Source: Octopus bimaculoides (lineage: Eukaryota). From it: a stretch of 51,947 nt of DNA. Location of the stretch: positions 14,111,079 to 14,163,025 of the forward strand of contig NC_068992.1 of assembly GCF_001194135.2 (NCBI RefSeq). The letters run 5' to 3'. Below, one piece after another: positions 12,992 through 26,328 of this stretch. The notes under the pieces are model-generated. The model was not told the DNA's origin. It saw only the letters and a program-made list of their open reading frames with translations, and ran no database searches. Position 1 is the stretch's first letter. Each line of letters begins with the position of its first letter. The translations under genes were made by a program, and so were the position numbers.

Positions 12992-13172
12992 TAATCCTTT
13001 CTACTATAGGCTCATGGCCAGAAATTTGGTGGAGGGGGCTAGTCCATTATATCCTGAGAGGATGAAAGACAAAGTCGACGTCGGCGGAATTTGAACTCAG
13101 AACATAGCGACGGGTAAAATACCGCTAAGCACTTCAACCAGCATGCTAACGATTCAGCCAGCTCACCGCCTT
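12992..13172 (-). mobile_element. tRNA-derived SINE family B, internally deleted
   Basis: The reverse complement has GGCGGTGAGCTGGCTGAATCGTTAGC (A-box region), GAGTTCAAATTCCGCC (B-box), GTCGACTTTGTCTTTCATCC and the tail CCTATAGTAGAAAGGATTAT. Confidence 0.85.
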
Positions 13173-13189
13173 AACAATAATGATAATTA

Positions 13190-13262
13190 TGAATATTATA
13201 ATTATTATTATTATTATTATTATTATTATCATCATCATTTTTTTTTATTATTATTGTTATTA

Positions 13263-13342
<80 letters not shown>
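13190..13342. repeat. (TAT)n microsatellite
   Basis: Direct reading. Confidence 0.95.
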
Positions 13343-13343
<1 letters not shown>

Positions 13344-14265
13344 CGACAATACTTGCAAAGTTATTTGCTTCTTGTTATTACTTCGGACATATATCTTAAT
13401 ATGACACGCGAAATCAAGTAATTCGAAAAATAAAACGATCTGCCTCATTCAATTGACATCGTTGTTGTTCGCTTCTATAAATTATATTAATTGTTCGCAT
13501 AGAACAAAAACAAAAGAATAATGATATACCTCATTAATAACTGGCCTCATCAACCATAGGTCAAAGATGACGTCCTTTGCTGAATCAATTAATATTACTT
13601 GGTCGTAAATTTCACAATCATTTAACAAGGCATAAGAAAATACAGACGTACGATCTGGTGCGTAAATATTATTTTCTTTTGACAAGGCATAAGGCCAAAT
13701 TGTGTAGGAGATGGCTTATAGTCGATGAGTTATAGGAGAATTATTTCATTCCAATATATTGCTTATTCTTATTTTATCGCAGAAATGAAACATCAGGCTG
13801 AATATTATATTGAATTAAGATCTCGTAGATTATGAGTTGAATAATTTTGTAGATGTCTTGTTATGTGTTTCAATAGTTGCATTCTATTCCTCACACACAC
13901 ACACATACACACACACATACATCCTTCATCGAGAGCTTAAACGTCAGGAGCAAATTATCTGGGTATGTTATGTATGATATACTGGTGCCTTGTCTGGCTG
14001 CTAATTTTAACTGTCATCCATAACTTCAGGAAATAATTCCATAGTTAAGCACCGGCGCTTGAACAAGCTCTTCGAGATTGGACAACGTTTAGATGTGGAT
14101 TTTATTTATTTTATCAGCCACCAAATCGAAATAGACCCATCCAAGAAATGCCAAAAGGCATTTGATATACTTGCATTTGTCTGTACTTTTTATATACATG
14201 TTCCTGGTCACTTGCAATTATTTCTCTTAATTTATTTTTGTTTAAATTGAACAGAGGCTGTGCGA

Positions 14266-14313
14266 CAGCATGGCCGCAGTCAAATGACTGAAACAAGTAA
14301 AAGAATAAAAGAA
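14266..14313 (+). mobile_element. SINE family A, isolated 3' tail
   Basis: CAGCATGGCCGCAGTCAAATGACTGAAACAAGTAAAAGAATAAAAG matches the tails of the other copies. Confidence 0.8.
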
Positions 14314-14320
14314 AATCATT

Positions 14321-14651
14321 TAGGTTCTTAACCGGGTGTATGTGACAGCTGAGGGTCCATATTAGATTTTGGGTGGTGCACGCAACGAAATAGCAAATTT
14401 GGGATTTTTAATAGTATGTTAAGGGCCCCTGAAAACAGTTTTCTTTAAATGTATGTATTGGTATATGTCTTGCAAGAAACAGTTAGGGTTCTTTTTTCAA
14501 CATTTTACATAATTCAACCTAAAACAAAATAGGTATTTTGAAAGAAGTTTCTATAAAACTAGTTTTTAAACATTGAATGGCTATGGGAATCCACCAGAAC
14601 AAAATAGTAATCAAAGGGGTCTCTGGGTAAAAAATGGTTAAGAACTTCTAG
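14321..14651. mobile_element. hAT-like non-autonomous element / MITE
   Basis: Terminal inverted repeat TAGGTTCTTAACC (14321) and GGTTAAGAACTTCTAG (14636-14651), resembling Charlie-type termini (CAGGGGTTCTTAACC). No clear 8-bp TSD. Confidence 0.5.
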
Positions 14652-14869
14652 GTGCTAGGCTATAAATGTGTAATACTTTTTTGCATGTGACTAAGTTCCA
14701 TTGAATACTGGAGACGAGCAAGGAGAAAAATCCGTGCTGAAGATGTCTACAATTAATTTCATAAAGTTCTTGAAAATTCCTATATTTTATGGCATTGTCG
14801 TTTATATAACTCACCACTATGTAAAATTCCTTCTATCTAGGTTCCAAAATGCAACCTACATGTTCGAAC

Positions 14870-15163
14870 ACACATACATGTATAGATGCATGCATGCATG
14901 CATACATACATAATGCATACATACATACATACATACATACATACATACATACATACATACATACATGCATGCATACATACATACATACATACATACATAC
15001 ATACATACATGTATATGTGTCAGTAAGAATGTATGTGTGTGTATATATAGAGAGAGATAGAGGGGGAGTGAGGGAGAGAGAGAGGAAGGCGAGGGATGGA
15101 GAAAGAGAGATGTGTATGTGTATATGTGTATATTGATAGATAGACAGACAGATAAATAGAAAG

Positions 15164-15240
<77 letters not shown>

Positions 15241-15241
15241 T
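14870..15241. repeat. Compound (CATA)n, (GA)n and (GATA)n microsatellites
   Basis: Direct reading. Confidence 0.95.
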
Positions 15242-16341
15242 TACAAAAATTGCTCCATCTCCTTTCAGCTATTCATATGATTTAGTCACATTCCTAAATG
15301 TAGAATACATTAATGGCCTAGGTAATACATACATATATATGATATATGGTTCCAGACATAAGAAATAATACCGTCCACAAACACAATCCGAAACTTTTCT
15401 TTTTTTGTGTACATAGACGGTAAACACACAATATGATACGGAAAAAGAATATTGTACTCTCCGGTGTTATTGTAACAAATGATGAAATTTTTATAATAAT
15501 GTTATATTATTATTTTTTATTTCCTATTATTTATTTTTTATTAAACATAAATCTTTTGTTAATAAAATATGAAAAGTTGACGCTTGGTATATGAGCGCCA
15601 AATTTTAACATCTTGTGATCTACAACTATTTTCTTTGATGTCAATACGCAACAGACATTGTCCACCAACGTTGGAATATATTTTACAACGGAACTGTGTT
15701 CCTTGGGGCTGTGAAGGCTTTATAAGATGTGCATATAATACCTCTAACTCTATTTGCTTCTGTTGTATTTTGCCAAGATCCTTCGGGAAAAGAACTACAA
15801 ATTAAAAAAATAACATGAAATAATATACTCTTTCATTTATTGTTTTTCATTATTTTTGCAAGATCTAATGGATGTACCTATACAATATGATGAAAGGAAC
15901 GGTTATAAATAATTTCACAGCAGTAAATAAAGATTGCTTTCAATCCAGTTACAGATTTCCTTGTTACACTCCATCCGATTGGGTTTGCTTCTATATATGT
16001 TATAGCTTGCTAAAATATTGATTCTGTCATAAAGTGGTTTTTACTTTCTTTTGTTGCGGTAATGTTTGTGCTTCTCAGAGGCCAACATACGCACACATTT
16101 TACATGTATGTATATACACATATATTTAAACAGACATGTGTGTGTGGGGGNNNNNNNNNNGGGGGGGGTCTGTGTGTCTGTGTGTCTGTGTCTGTGTGTC
16201 TGTGTTTGTGTGTCTGTGTCTGTATCTGTGTGTACGTATGTATGTATTTATATATGTATGTACGCATGTATGTATATACGTATGTATGTACATAGTATAT
16301 ATGTGTATATTTGTGTATATACATATATACATATATATATG

Positions 16342-16429
<88 letters not shown>

Positions 16430-16435
16430 AATAGG

Positions 16436-16480
<45 letters not shown>

Positions 16481-17030
16481 TGATTGATTGATTGATTGAT
16501 ATACACATATCAATCTATCTATGTATGGATAGTAAGGGAGGGGGAGAATAAATATCATTCTTTTAACGTATCTGTGTACAATTTTGATATTACCGACGAG
16601 TCTGTAAACTTCCTCACTAAGATAAATATTTTTTTATAGATGTTGGTTTAATGGCGAACCTCCTTTCCTGAAGCTAACCAACATCAGTAGAGACTTGCGT
16701 TTATAAATATAAGTATATGTTTGTGTATGTGCATTTTTGTTTTTGTTTGTGTGATAATGTTTTAGCGAGATAGATTGAATCAAACAGAAATGGAATTTCA
16801 TTAGAGTTTCAGTATGGTGCCTTTGACACAGTTTTCAACCTTCTATCAATGCATCACAGACCTAATACTGTAGCTATAAGGTTCATATATACTTTTGAAA
16901 GAAGAGAAGTTTCAACTAATTTCTAGGTTTTTTATATTTGTAGGAAAAGAGACGAAAACATTTAAGGAACATGCTTAACAATTATAATGGAACAGTCTGT
17001 GGTTAAAGTATATCGTTGGATGGCAATTCA

Positions 17031-17123
17031 GAATTCATCAGGTGAATTGTATTACAAATGGGAATTCATCAGAGGAATCGTATTACAAATAAGAATTAAT
17101 CAAGGGAATTGTGTTACAAATGA
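17031..17123. repeat. 31-bp minisatellite, 3 units
   Basis: GAATTCATCAGGTGAATTGTATTACAAATGG / GAATTCATCAGAGGAATCGTATTACAAATAA / GAATTAATCAAGGGAATTGTGTTACAAATGA. Confidence 0.9.
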
Positions 17124-17789
17124 ACTCATTTGTCTCATATATGTAACACAGGATGGGGGGATTTTTAACCATAAGGTCTCAGTTTTAATCTCTTTAACTT
17201 TCGTTTCAACAATTTTCGATATATACTTTATTGAATCAGAATTTATTTACTAAGAAACAAAGAAACGAAAAGAAAAAAAGGGGAGAGGGAAGGGAGCAAT
17301 GAGCCGCACACACCAGAACAAACACCCTGCTCAACCGCACCCCGCATTCATGGCCGTTCCCGCGGAAAATAGTCTTAAACACTTGTTGCAGCAGCCACTC
17401 AACCATGCGTGGCTCATTTCTCGTCAGTAATTGTGTGGCTTTTGTTTTCTTTTCTGAATTTTTAACATATTTTTGTTAGAGATGGAATATTTTTCAAATT
17501 GTGAGCATAATGATCGAATAAAAAAACAGTTTCTTTAGCATATAAATATGTGTGTGAGTCCCAGTGAGTGTTTTGTGCATGTATATGTGTAGGAGGACCG
17601 AAACAGACAGAGTTATGTTCGGTTTCTACACACCAGTGGACGCACGTAAAGAGAAATTCTGAGTAATAAATTACTAAATGATATTCTCTAAATGATTGTA
17701 GATATACATGTAAAACCGGACATTTTATCCATTCGGCCAATATACATACACAATAATATATATGGCTGTTTGTAAAAAGTTGAAATTTC

Positions 17790-17990
17790 AAACACATGAT
17801 TCTTGGTCCAGTTCCACTGAGTGGCCCCTGGATTTACTGTCTTCTACTATAGAATCGGGCCGCCCAAATCTTTCAGTGGATTTGGTAAACGGAAACTGGC
17901 GGCAAAAAGAGACCGATGGAATAAGTACTAGGCTTACAAAGAATAAGTCCAGGGGTCGATTTTCTCGACTAAATGCGGTGCTCATGACTA
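17790..17990 (+). mobile_element. SINE family A with internal deletion of the microsatellite-bearing middle
   Basis: The 5' module (...TCTTCTACTATAGAATCGGGCCG...GGATTTGGTAAACGGAAACTG) is joined directly to the 3' module (GCGGCAAAAAGAGACCGATGGAATAAGTACTAGGCTTACAAAG...). Confidence 0.8.
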
Positions 17991-18953
17991 GATAAATTGA
18001 TGTTTTTTTGAAAATTCATTTTGGACATTGGCTATTTGGCTTCCGTGGAGAAAAACGAAAGCTGACATCCAGAAGAACGGGTTACAGGCAGTGGATAGTA
18101 ACCGTATAGAGGTGAGGTGGCGAAATTCGATATAAGTTACAAAAAAGTCGTCATTAATTTTTTCGTAAAAGTTTAATATATTCGTGGATGGTCATGATAG
18201 CTAGATTTATTTCAGAAGAATTCAACTTCAAGAATAGAACTTAAGCCTATAGATGAAACTTGAGCTACTTATCATCTTTGTCGTACATGGAAAACACTTG
18301 ATGTTTCAATTCTTCCCTATTTTCTTCAATAGACAATTGTTATAGCTCAAAACCTTTAATTTGCGTTAAATGCTTTATTGAGCACTTTCGGGAAGATTTT
18401 TCTCATTTTCGACGATTTACAATAGTATTTGTAGAATGCGCATGTCATCATCTTTAAGAGTTATGTATTCTTATAGTTAACTGGCACAACTAGAAAACTT
18501 TTTAATTTATTTCCTACTTCTGTGGCAACCGAGACAACGTAAAATGTCCACTAGAGAAAATTAGAATGAAAGACTTGTTCTGGGTTTGAACTTCCTATAA
18601 GATATAAATCATTTTTCGCATATTCAGCCTTTCCGCTTCTTCAGATAATAAAATTCCTGTTGTTTTATTTAAACTAAGACAATACATATTGGAAATAACA
18701 GAATTGTTGAAAGTAATGGCTATCTAAGAGCAAATCTCATCAATTTATAGCAAGTTTTGCTGAAACCTATAACTGTTTCGTCTATACTTTATATTTTTTA
18801 CATGTTTTAATTTTTGGTTTTATACATATATATACATATGCATATATGTATATATATATATATATGTATGTGTGTATATACATATATATAAATATATATG
18901 TATATATATATATGTATATATATATATATGTATGTATATATGTGTATATATGA

Positions 18954-19013
<60 letters not shown>

Positions 19014-19269
19014 TTAGACAAATAGGTATAGACAGATATAGATATATATGGAGAGAGAGAAAGAGAGATGTAGACATGGATATATATTTATATATGTAGA
19101 TATACTTATATATACTAAGCATATACACTTATATATAGTGAGATATATAAATATAGATACGTATATATGTATATATATATTAATATATACATACGCACAT
19201 ATATATACATATACTCAAATTATATAGACATAAATACATAATACATATATACATATATATATATATATA

Positions 19270-19307
<38 letters not shown>

Positions 19308-20329
19308 NNNNNNNNNNNNNNNNNNNNNNNNNNNNNNNNNNNNNNNNNNNNNNNNNNNNNNNNNNNNNNNNNNNNNNNNNNNNNNNNNNNNNNNNNNNNN
19401 NNNNNNNNNNNNNNNNNNNNNNNNNNNNNNNNNNNNNNNNNNNNNNNNNNNNNNNNNNNNNNNNNNNNNNNNNNNNNNNNNNNNNNNNNNNNNNNNNNNN
19501 NNNNNNNNNNNNNNNNNNNNNNNNNNTTATGTCCGACTGTAATTTGTTCTACGAAATGTATGGAGAAAAATGGCCGATTCAGCAAAGAAAAACGAAACAA
19601 AAAAAATGAAAGACAAAATTTAGGTAAAAAAAAACCATAATGAAAATAGAGAGAAATAACAGGAAATATATGGGATGAAATAAAAGCCTTGGAATTTACA
19701 AGAAAGATGTTTCTGGCAGTATGCCATTCACATATCGGTTATGGAATCTATTTCTACTTGTAGAATTATAGGTCTTTCTCTTGTCATTTCTTGTTTTCGT
19801 TGCCTCCGTTCGCCGTTTCTCCTTCTTCCCTGATACGCATACTCTTTCTCTCTTTCTCTCTTTCTCTCTTTCAATTTCTGTCTCTTACTTTCTCTTTCTC
19901 TTTATTTCTCTCTCTTTCTCTCTCCACCTGTCCCTCCCTCTCTCTCTCTCTGTCTCTTTCTTGCTTTCTGTCTGTTGCTCCGTGTTTCTAGTTAGTATTT
20001 TTCTCTCTTGCTTTCTAAGTGTTGATGTGGGTACGTGAATACATACACACAAAACACAGACGTTGCACATACATCACATAGATGCATATTTATATTTAGT
20101 GCGAGATTGCTAGAGTGAAAGAAGCGGGAATGTGAGAGAAAGGAGAATAACAGAATAATAGAATAAAAAGAAAATACTCGGAATGGACAAGACCTGTTGA
20201 CTGTCCCAATATATATGTCTGTGCGTGTGTATGCGTGTCTGTGATTGTAAGCGGATGTGTGCATGTGTGTACATGCGTGCCTGTGTGTATGCATGTGCAT
20301 ATGTATGTATGCATGTGTGTACACATACA

Positions 20330-20416
<87 letters not shown>

Positions 20417-20752
20417 TTACTATTTAATAAACTCAAGATTAAATGAGGGCTGTTATAAGTTTCATGCTCGGGTAGTAGATTAATCGGTCTTGCTTGCATA
20501 GTGTGGCGTGTTCTGTCTTGTAATCATTAAGACTCAAAATATGCATCGCAATTCCTAAAGAAATAATCAAAGATAAAACGCAAAAGAACGGGGAAAATTA
20601 AAAGAAAATCGGGAAAATGATGGAAATGGAGGTATGAGTCCTGTCACTTTGATCTGTTAGAAGGGGATTACTGGCAACTTTGTATATGAATTAACAACTG
20701 TTGATCGGAGTTATACTGCTGGGATACTCAAATTCGTTCATATATACCTGTC

Positions 20753-20784
<32 letters not shown>

Positions 20785-20786
<2 letters not shown>

Positions 20787-20922
20787 GACAGTTTTCTTTC
20801 AGTTTCCATAAATCAAATCCACTCACAAGGCTGTAGTTGAAGACACTTGCCCTAGGTGCTATGCAGTAGGTCTGAACCCAGAATCATGCGATTGGGAAGC
20901 AAGCCTCTTACCACACAGCCAC
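20785..20922 (-). mobile_element. SINE family A, 5' half, running into (TA)n
   Basis: The reverse complement has the head GTGGCTGTGTGGTAAGAGGCTTGCTTCCCAATCGCATGATTCTGGGTTCAGACC, then CCTTGTGAGTGGATTTG. Confidence 0.85.
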
Positions 20923-21881
20923 ATATATACATATAAATGTGGGGTGTGGGAGTAAAAGAAGAAAACAGAAGGAAAAGAATTTCCTATTCAGGTCAATAAG
21001 TTAGCTGTCAGTAAACATATATATATATATATGTATGTATGTATGTATGGATGGATGGATGGATGGATGGATGGATGGATGTATGTATGTTTTCATGTTT
21101 GTATTCAAGTATGTGTTTATAAATGTGCGTGGTATGATGTTGACCAAAAGAAACAAAGAGAGAGAGAGTGGGGAGTGAAAACAGAAAGACAAACCTCATA
21201 AAAACACAAACACCTACACGAAAATAGCTTCCTGAAACGATAAACCACTACTCCTGAACAATATATGTGAGCGTGTATGTGTGTGCGTATGTGTGTGTGC
21301 GCGTATGTGCGTATGCGTGTATGTGTGTGCACATTTATGCGTGTGTATCTATATCTGTGTGTCTGCGCGTGTATGTGCGCGTGCGTGTGTATGTGTGTGT
21401 GCGTGTGTATGTGTGTCTGTACACGTGTTTGTGGATGTGTGCGTGTATGTAGATGTGGATGTGTGTGGGTGTATGTAGATATGTGGTGGTGGTGGTGGTG
21501 GTGGTGGTATGTGCTGTACAGATTTTTTTTTTTTTCATCAAGACAACTTTACATTTGTTCTTGTTATTGTGCTTGCTGTGGTTTTATATCTCAGGACCAC
21601 AGTGTCTCTGAATGAAATTTTAGTCGATATTGATTTTCAAACACCATTTTTCTTTTTCTAAATCGTGATGGTAATGGGATGACATCGTATTAAATATATC
21701 GGAGCCAACGAATGACAGTAGGACGGTTTAAATAAAAACGAACAGTGATCTGGTTGCTTGATGTTATATAGATTTAAATGCATGCGGGTATTAGACAGAA
21801 GCGCCTCATTAACAATTGTCTATAAGCTAATTAACATGAAAGCGTATGCTAAATTTTATGGATGCGTATATATATATGTGT

Positions 21882-21943
<62 letters not shown>

Positions 21944-22546
21944 NNNNNNNNNNNNNNNNNNNNNNNNNNNNNNNNNNNNNNNNNNNNNNNNNNNNNNNNN
22001 NNNNNNNNNNNNNNNNNNNNNNNNNNNNNNNNNNNNNNNNNNNNNNNNNNNNNNNNNNNNNNNNNNNNNNNNNNNNNNNNNNNNNNNNNNNNNNNNNNNN
22101 NNNNNNNNNNNNNNNNNNNNNNNNNNNNNNNNNNNNNNNNNNNNNNNNNNNNNNNNNNNNNNNNNNNNNNNNNNNNNNNNTATAATCATAAATATATAGG
22201 GATTAGCAGTATCCTGCTTCTCCAACATACTGAGAATTCTGAAATAGCAGCCAAAGAACTACTGATTCCAAAACTACAAATTTTTCATACTGAGCTACCC
22301 GGCAAAATTGTTAATTATTAATTTTATTTACTAATTGACGATTCCCTGCCCTGTATATCTATATATATATATGTATATATATGAATACCTGCACAAACAC
22401 CGGTATATTCATACACACCCACGCATGTATCTGCATGTATGATTGTATGTTATGTATCTATCGTCTGTGTATCTCCGCAACTACACTTGCATATATACAG
22501 GTGCAAATACGTTTTATATATGAGCATACACGCGCGTGCAGAGACA

Positions 22547-22770
22547 CGTGGCTTACGGGTTCGGGTGTTACATTTCTGATCGTAAGGTTGTGGTTACGAT
22601 GTTTACGGTGATGCGTTGCGTACTTAAGAGAACTACTTCATTTTCGTTGCTTCGGTTCACTCGCCTCGTAAAAATGAGTAATCCCGCGCGACGTATCGTC
22701 GTCCTGTCCATAGAATCCGGGTAACCGACCATATGAGCCTGTGATTCGAGAAAGACCTTTGATCCTTTCA
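22547..22770 (+). mobile_element. Diverged SINE family E (D-like head, different tail)
   Basis: GATCGTAAGGTTGTGG...GCGTTGCGTACTTAAG...GTTCACTCGCCTCGTAAAAATGAGTAATCCCGCG...CGTCCTGTCCA...CCGGGTAACCG. Confidence 0.55.
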
Positions 22771-23196
22771 TCAATATATACAGAGATGACCAGAAGTGAC
22801 CCGACAGTATCAAAATTCCATAAATACTATCTGTAATTCTGTATTGACTCAAATGGAAAAACATGTCGCTTAAGAAGGACTTCAGTTTGAACAATTTTCA
22901 TCATTTTTATATTTAGATAGTTTTATCAAATTCATTCAGTTGTTAAACATAAATAAATCTTGGAATTAAATGGTTTTGATTTACTGTCAGATGATCTAGC
23001 CAACCCTGTATGTGTTCGTATTTGAATGTTTCTCTTTGTACGAATGTCCCAATGTTGAAATGAATAAATATTTCTTCATATTTTGACGTATCCACATACA
23101 TATTTACGCATACAGGTTACATACATAAACATAGATACATGTATATGTCTGCTTCATACATCTAGAGCTCCTACATTCATATGCAGATAGAGACAT

Positions 23197-23237
<41 letters not shown>

Positions 23238-23261
23238 TACATTGAGAGAGAAACGCATGCG

Positions 23262-23626
23262 TTGTGCTTCCTACATGATTCCGCGTTCAGTCCTACTTCC
23301 TGGCACTTTGGGTAAGTGTTTTCTACTATATATATCCTCGGACCGACCAAAGCCTTGTGAGTGGATTTGGTAGACGGAAACTGAAAGAAGCTAGTCATAT
23401 ATACATATACGTGTGTGTGTGTGTGTGTATTATTGTTGTGTTTGTAACCTACCACTCGCTTGATAACTGGAGTTGGCGTGTTTAAGTCCCTGTAACTTAA
23501 CGGTTTGGGATGGTAGAAAGAGAAAGATAGAATTAATACCAAATGTAAAAAACATTGGGGTCAATTTGTTCGCCTAAACCCTTCAATGCGATGCCGCAGC
23601 ATGGTAGCAGTCTATTGACTGAAACA
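23262..23626 (+). mobile_element. SINE family A, near full length
   Basis: GTTCAGTCC, GGCACTTTGGGTAAGTGTTTTCTACTATA, CCAAAGCCTTGTGAGTGGATTTGGTAGACGGAAACTGAAAGAAGC, internal (TG)n, and 3' GCAGCATGGTAGCAGTCTATTGACTGAAAC. Confidence 0.85.
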
Positions 23627-23630
23627 CTAC

Positions 23631-23700
<70 letters not shown>

Positions 23701-23830
23701 GTACATATATGTATATATAAACATATATATGTATATATATGTATATATACACATACACACACATACAATGCTCTATTTATAAACATAGATAGATAAGCAG
23801 AAAAAATAGCTACCTACCTACCTACCTACC

Positions 23831-23868
<38 letters not shown>

Positions 23869-24174
23869 TATGCATACATACATACATACATACATACAAG
23901 CATACATACACGCATGCATACATACATACACACACTTACACACGTATATACATACATACATTCATACCTACATACGTACATACATACATTCATACATGCA
24001 TGCACACATCAGTGTTAGTGAATATGAGTAGCTGTTTTTGCTTGTGTAAGCGTGGTTGTATGTACGTATGAAAGTATGTCTGCATACATGTGTCTGTATA
24101 TGCATACATGGTGAGAGAAGCGCTACAGATAGGAAGCAGCGTGTCTCAGAAAATGATTTGAAGAGAACTATCTT

Positions 24175-24235
24175 AATCAGACAAAATCAGACAAAATCAT
24201 AGAAAATCAGGGAAAATCGGTCAAATCAGATGAAG
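24175..24235. repeat. 10-bp degenerate tandem repeat, about 6 units
   Basis: AATCAGACAA AATCAGACAA AATCATAGAA AATCAGGGAA AATCGGTCAA ATCAGATGAA. Confidence 0.8.
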
Positions 24236-24858
24236 CCATTATTCTTGCTGGCACCAGTCAAACGATACGTCAACAACTACAATCGCAAAGATAGTCAAGA
24301 GAAAACTTTCAACACGGACACTTTGGAATGCAAGCCATCTATCAATACTGGCTAATAATACTACAGAAGGAAAAACAGTAAAAATAGATTTAAACAACAC
24401 ACGTATTTATTGCTTAGCAACTGTTTTGTCCCGAGCTCTGGATATTGGCATGTTTTGTTTTGTTATTGTTTTGNNNNNNNNNNNNNNNNNNNNNNNNNNN
24501 NNNNNNNNNNNNNNNNNNNNNNNNNNNNNNNNNNNNNNNNNNNNNNNNNNNNNNNNNNNNNNNNNNNNNNNNNNNNNNNNNNNNNNNNNNNNNNNNNNNN
24601 NNNNNNNNNNNNNNNNCTGTTTTGTCCCGAGCTCTGGATATTGGCATGTTTTGTTTTGTTATTGTTTTGCTTTGCGTTTTGATATTTATATTGTTTTTTT
24701 TGTTTTTGTTTTACTTGTTCGTGTATTTTTTTTTCTTTTTGGGGAGGAGGAAAGGGTCATAATATGTTCAAGTATTTATATATATTCGTGTTTGTTATTC
24801 ACATCTCTTATCGTTTTTTATTTATCGTTAGCGACAGACAGACAGACAGACAGACAGT

Positions 24859-24914
<56 letters not shown>

Positions 24915-25569
24915 ATGAATCACACGATACAACAGTTTTGTATTGCAGACCTAACTAATCGAAGTTCTTTGTTTTATCATTTCACTGTGCTGTTTTGTAA
25001 AACCTGATATCTTTTGAATACGCAAATTAAACCGGTGCATTTAACCATAAAATAAAATAAAAACAAGAGATAAGTTATCGTTAATGATATGTCTTCCAAC
25101 AATACATGATACAGCTTAATTAGTGTTTGAGAGGCATGTTTCGCTAACAATGCGCAATATATATAAATATAACTTATAAAACATTACAGACTTTGTATAA
25201 ATCTATCGAGAGAATGTGCAAGAAGACTAAACTTAAGATATACGGTGAAAATGAAAAAAAAAAATGGTGATTTATATCGCGTAGCAAGAGCTCCCTCCGC
25301 TACAACGCTGAATTATATAGTTTTATATAAGATCTAAATGATCCGCTTGTAGATACTGCAGTGCTTTTGCGGCTGGTGAGTGTGCTAAAATAATACTCTG
25401 TGTAATTGAAATTTAGTCAGCCGTAAGAACAATATTTCTCATTCACCTTGTTTGGCAGATACATAGACGACACGAACAGAAAATTTTCTTAGACGGTGCC
25501 TGTGATCCAACGCAAGCAATGGCACATTCGACTTAGTAATATATTTTATATCTTACGTCATGAATTTTT

Positions 25570-25932
25570 CCTTTTATCTTTTAATTGTTTCAGTCACTAA
25601 ACTGTGGTCATGCTGGGGCACCGCCTTGAAGAATTGTAGTCAAACGAATCGACTCCAGTATTCATTAATTCTACCAGTCTATTTTGTCGACCGGGATATA
25701 AACACAAAAACACCGGTTGTCAAGTGATGGTCAGGGGCAAAGACGCACACACATATATGCACAAATATATGTATGTATACAACAGGCTTCTTCCAGTTTC
25801 CGTTTACCAAATCCACTCACAAGGCTTTGGTCAGCCCCAAGCTTTAGTAGAAGACACTTGCCCAAAGTACCACGCAGTGGGACTGAACCCGGAACCATAT
25901 CGTTGGGAAGCAAGCTTCTAGCAACACAGCCA
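25570..25932 (-). mobile_element. SINE family A, full length
   Basis: The reverse complement runs from the head GTGGCTGTGTTGCTAGAAGCTTGCTTCCC...GGGTTCAGTCCCACTGCGTGG through an internal TA/TG patch to the tail GCGGTGCCCCAGCATGACC...GACTGAAAC. Confidence 0.9.
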
Positions 25933-26013
25933 CACTTGAGCCTAAAGCATAGAATACAGCATAGTTTATTTAAATCTTATTTTGTTATTACTGTTGTTCC
26001 TATTAATATTGCA

Positions 26014-26328
26014 GTGGAGGCGCAATGGCTCAGTGGTTAGGGCAGTGGACTCGCACTCATAGGATTGCGGTTTCGATTCCCAGATGGCGAACCCCGCTGT
26101 ACTCTTTCACCACAACTTTCTCTCACTCTTACTTCCTGTTTCTGATGTGCCTGTAATTCAAAGGGTCAGCTTTGTCACACTGTGTCACGCTGAATATCCT
26201 CGAGAACTACGTTAAGAGTACACGTGTCTGTGGAGTGCTCAGCCACTTGCACGTTAATTTCACGAGCAAGCTGTTCCGTTGATCGGATCAACTGGAACCC
26301 TCGACGTCGTAAGCGACGGAGTGCCAAC
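26014..26328 (+). mobile_element. tRNA-derived SINE family C, with internal deletion and 11-bp TSD
   Basis: Head GTGGAGGCGCAATGGCTCAGTGGTTAGGGC...GGTTTCGATTCC (Pol III A and B boxes). TSD ATTAATATTGC at 26002-26012 and 26329-26339. Lacks about 60 nt present in the 42611 copy. Confidence 0.92.

Noticed and set aside
15584-15805. Cys-rich plus-strand ORF and an open minus-strand frame
   Set aside because: No recognisable domain and no consistent splice pair.
17031-17123. CRISPR-like 31-bp repeats
   Set aside because: The units are contiguous with no spacers, and the context is eukaryotic.
25338-25385. Isolated strong splice donors (CTG|GTGAGT at about 25375; also about 29116 and 48388)
   Set aside because: Upstream acceptors are weak and the peptides unrecognisable; such sites are expected by chance.
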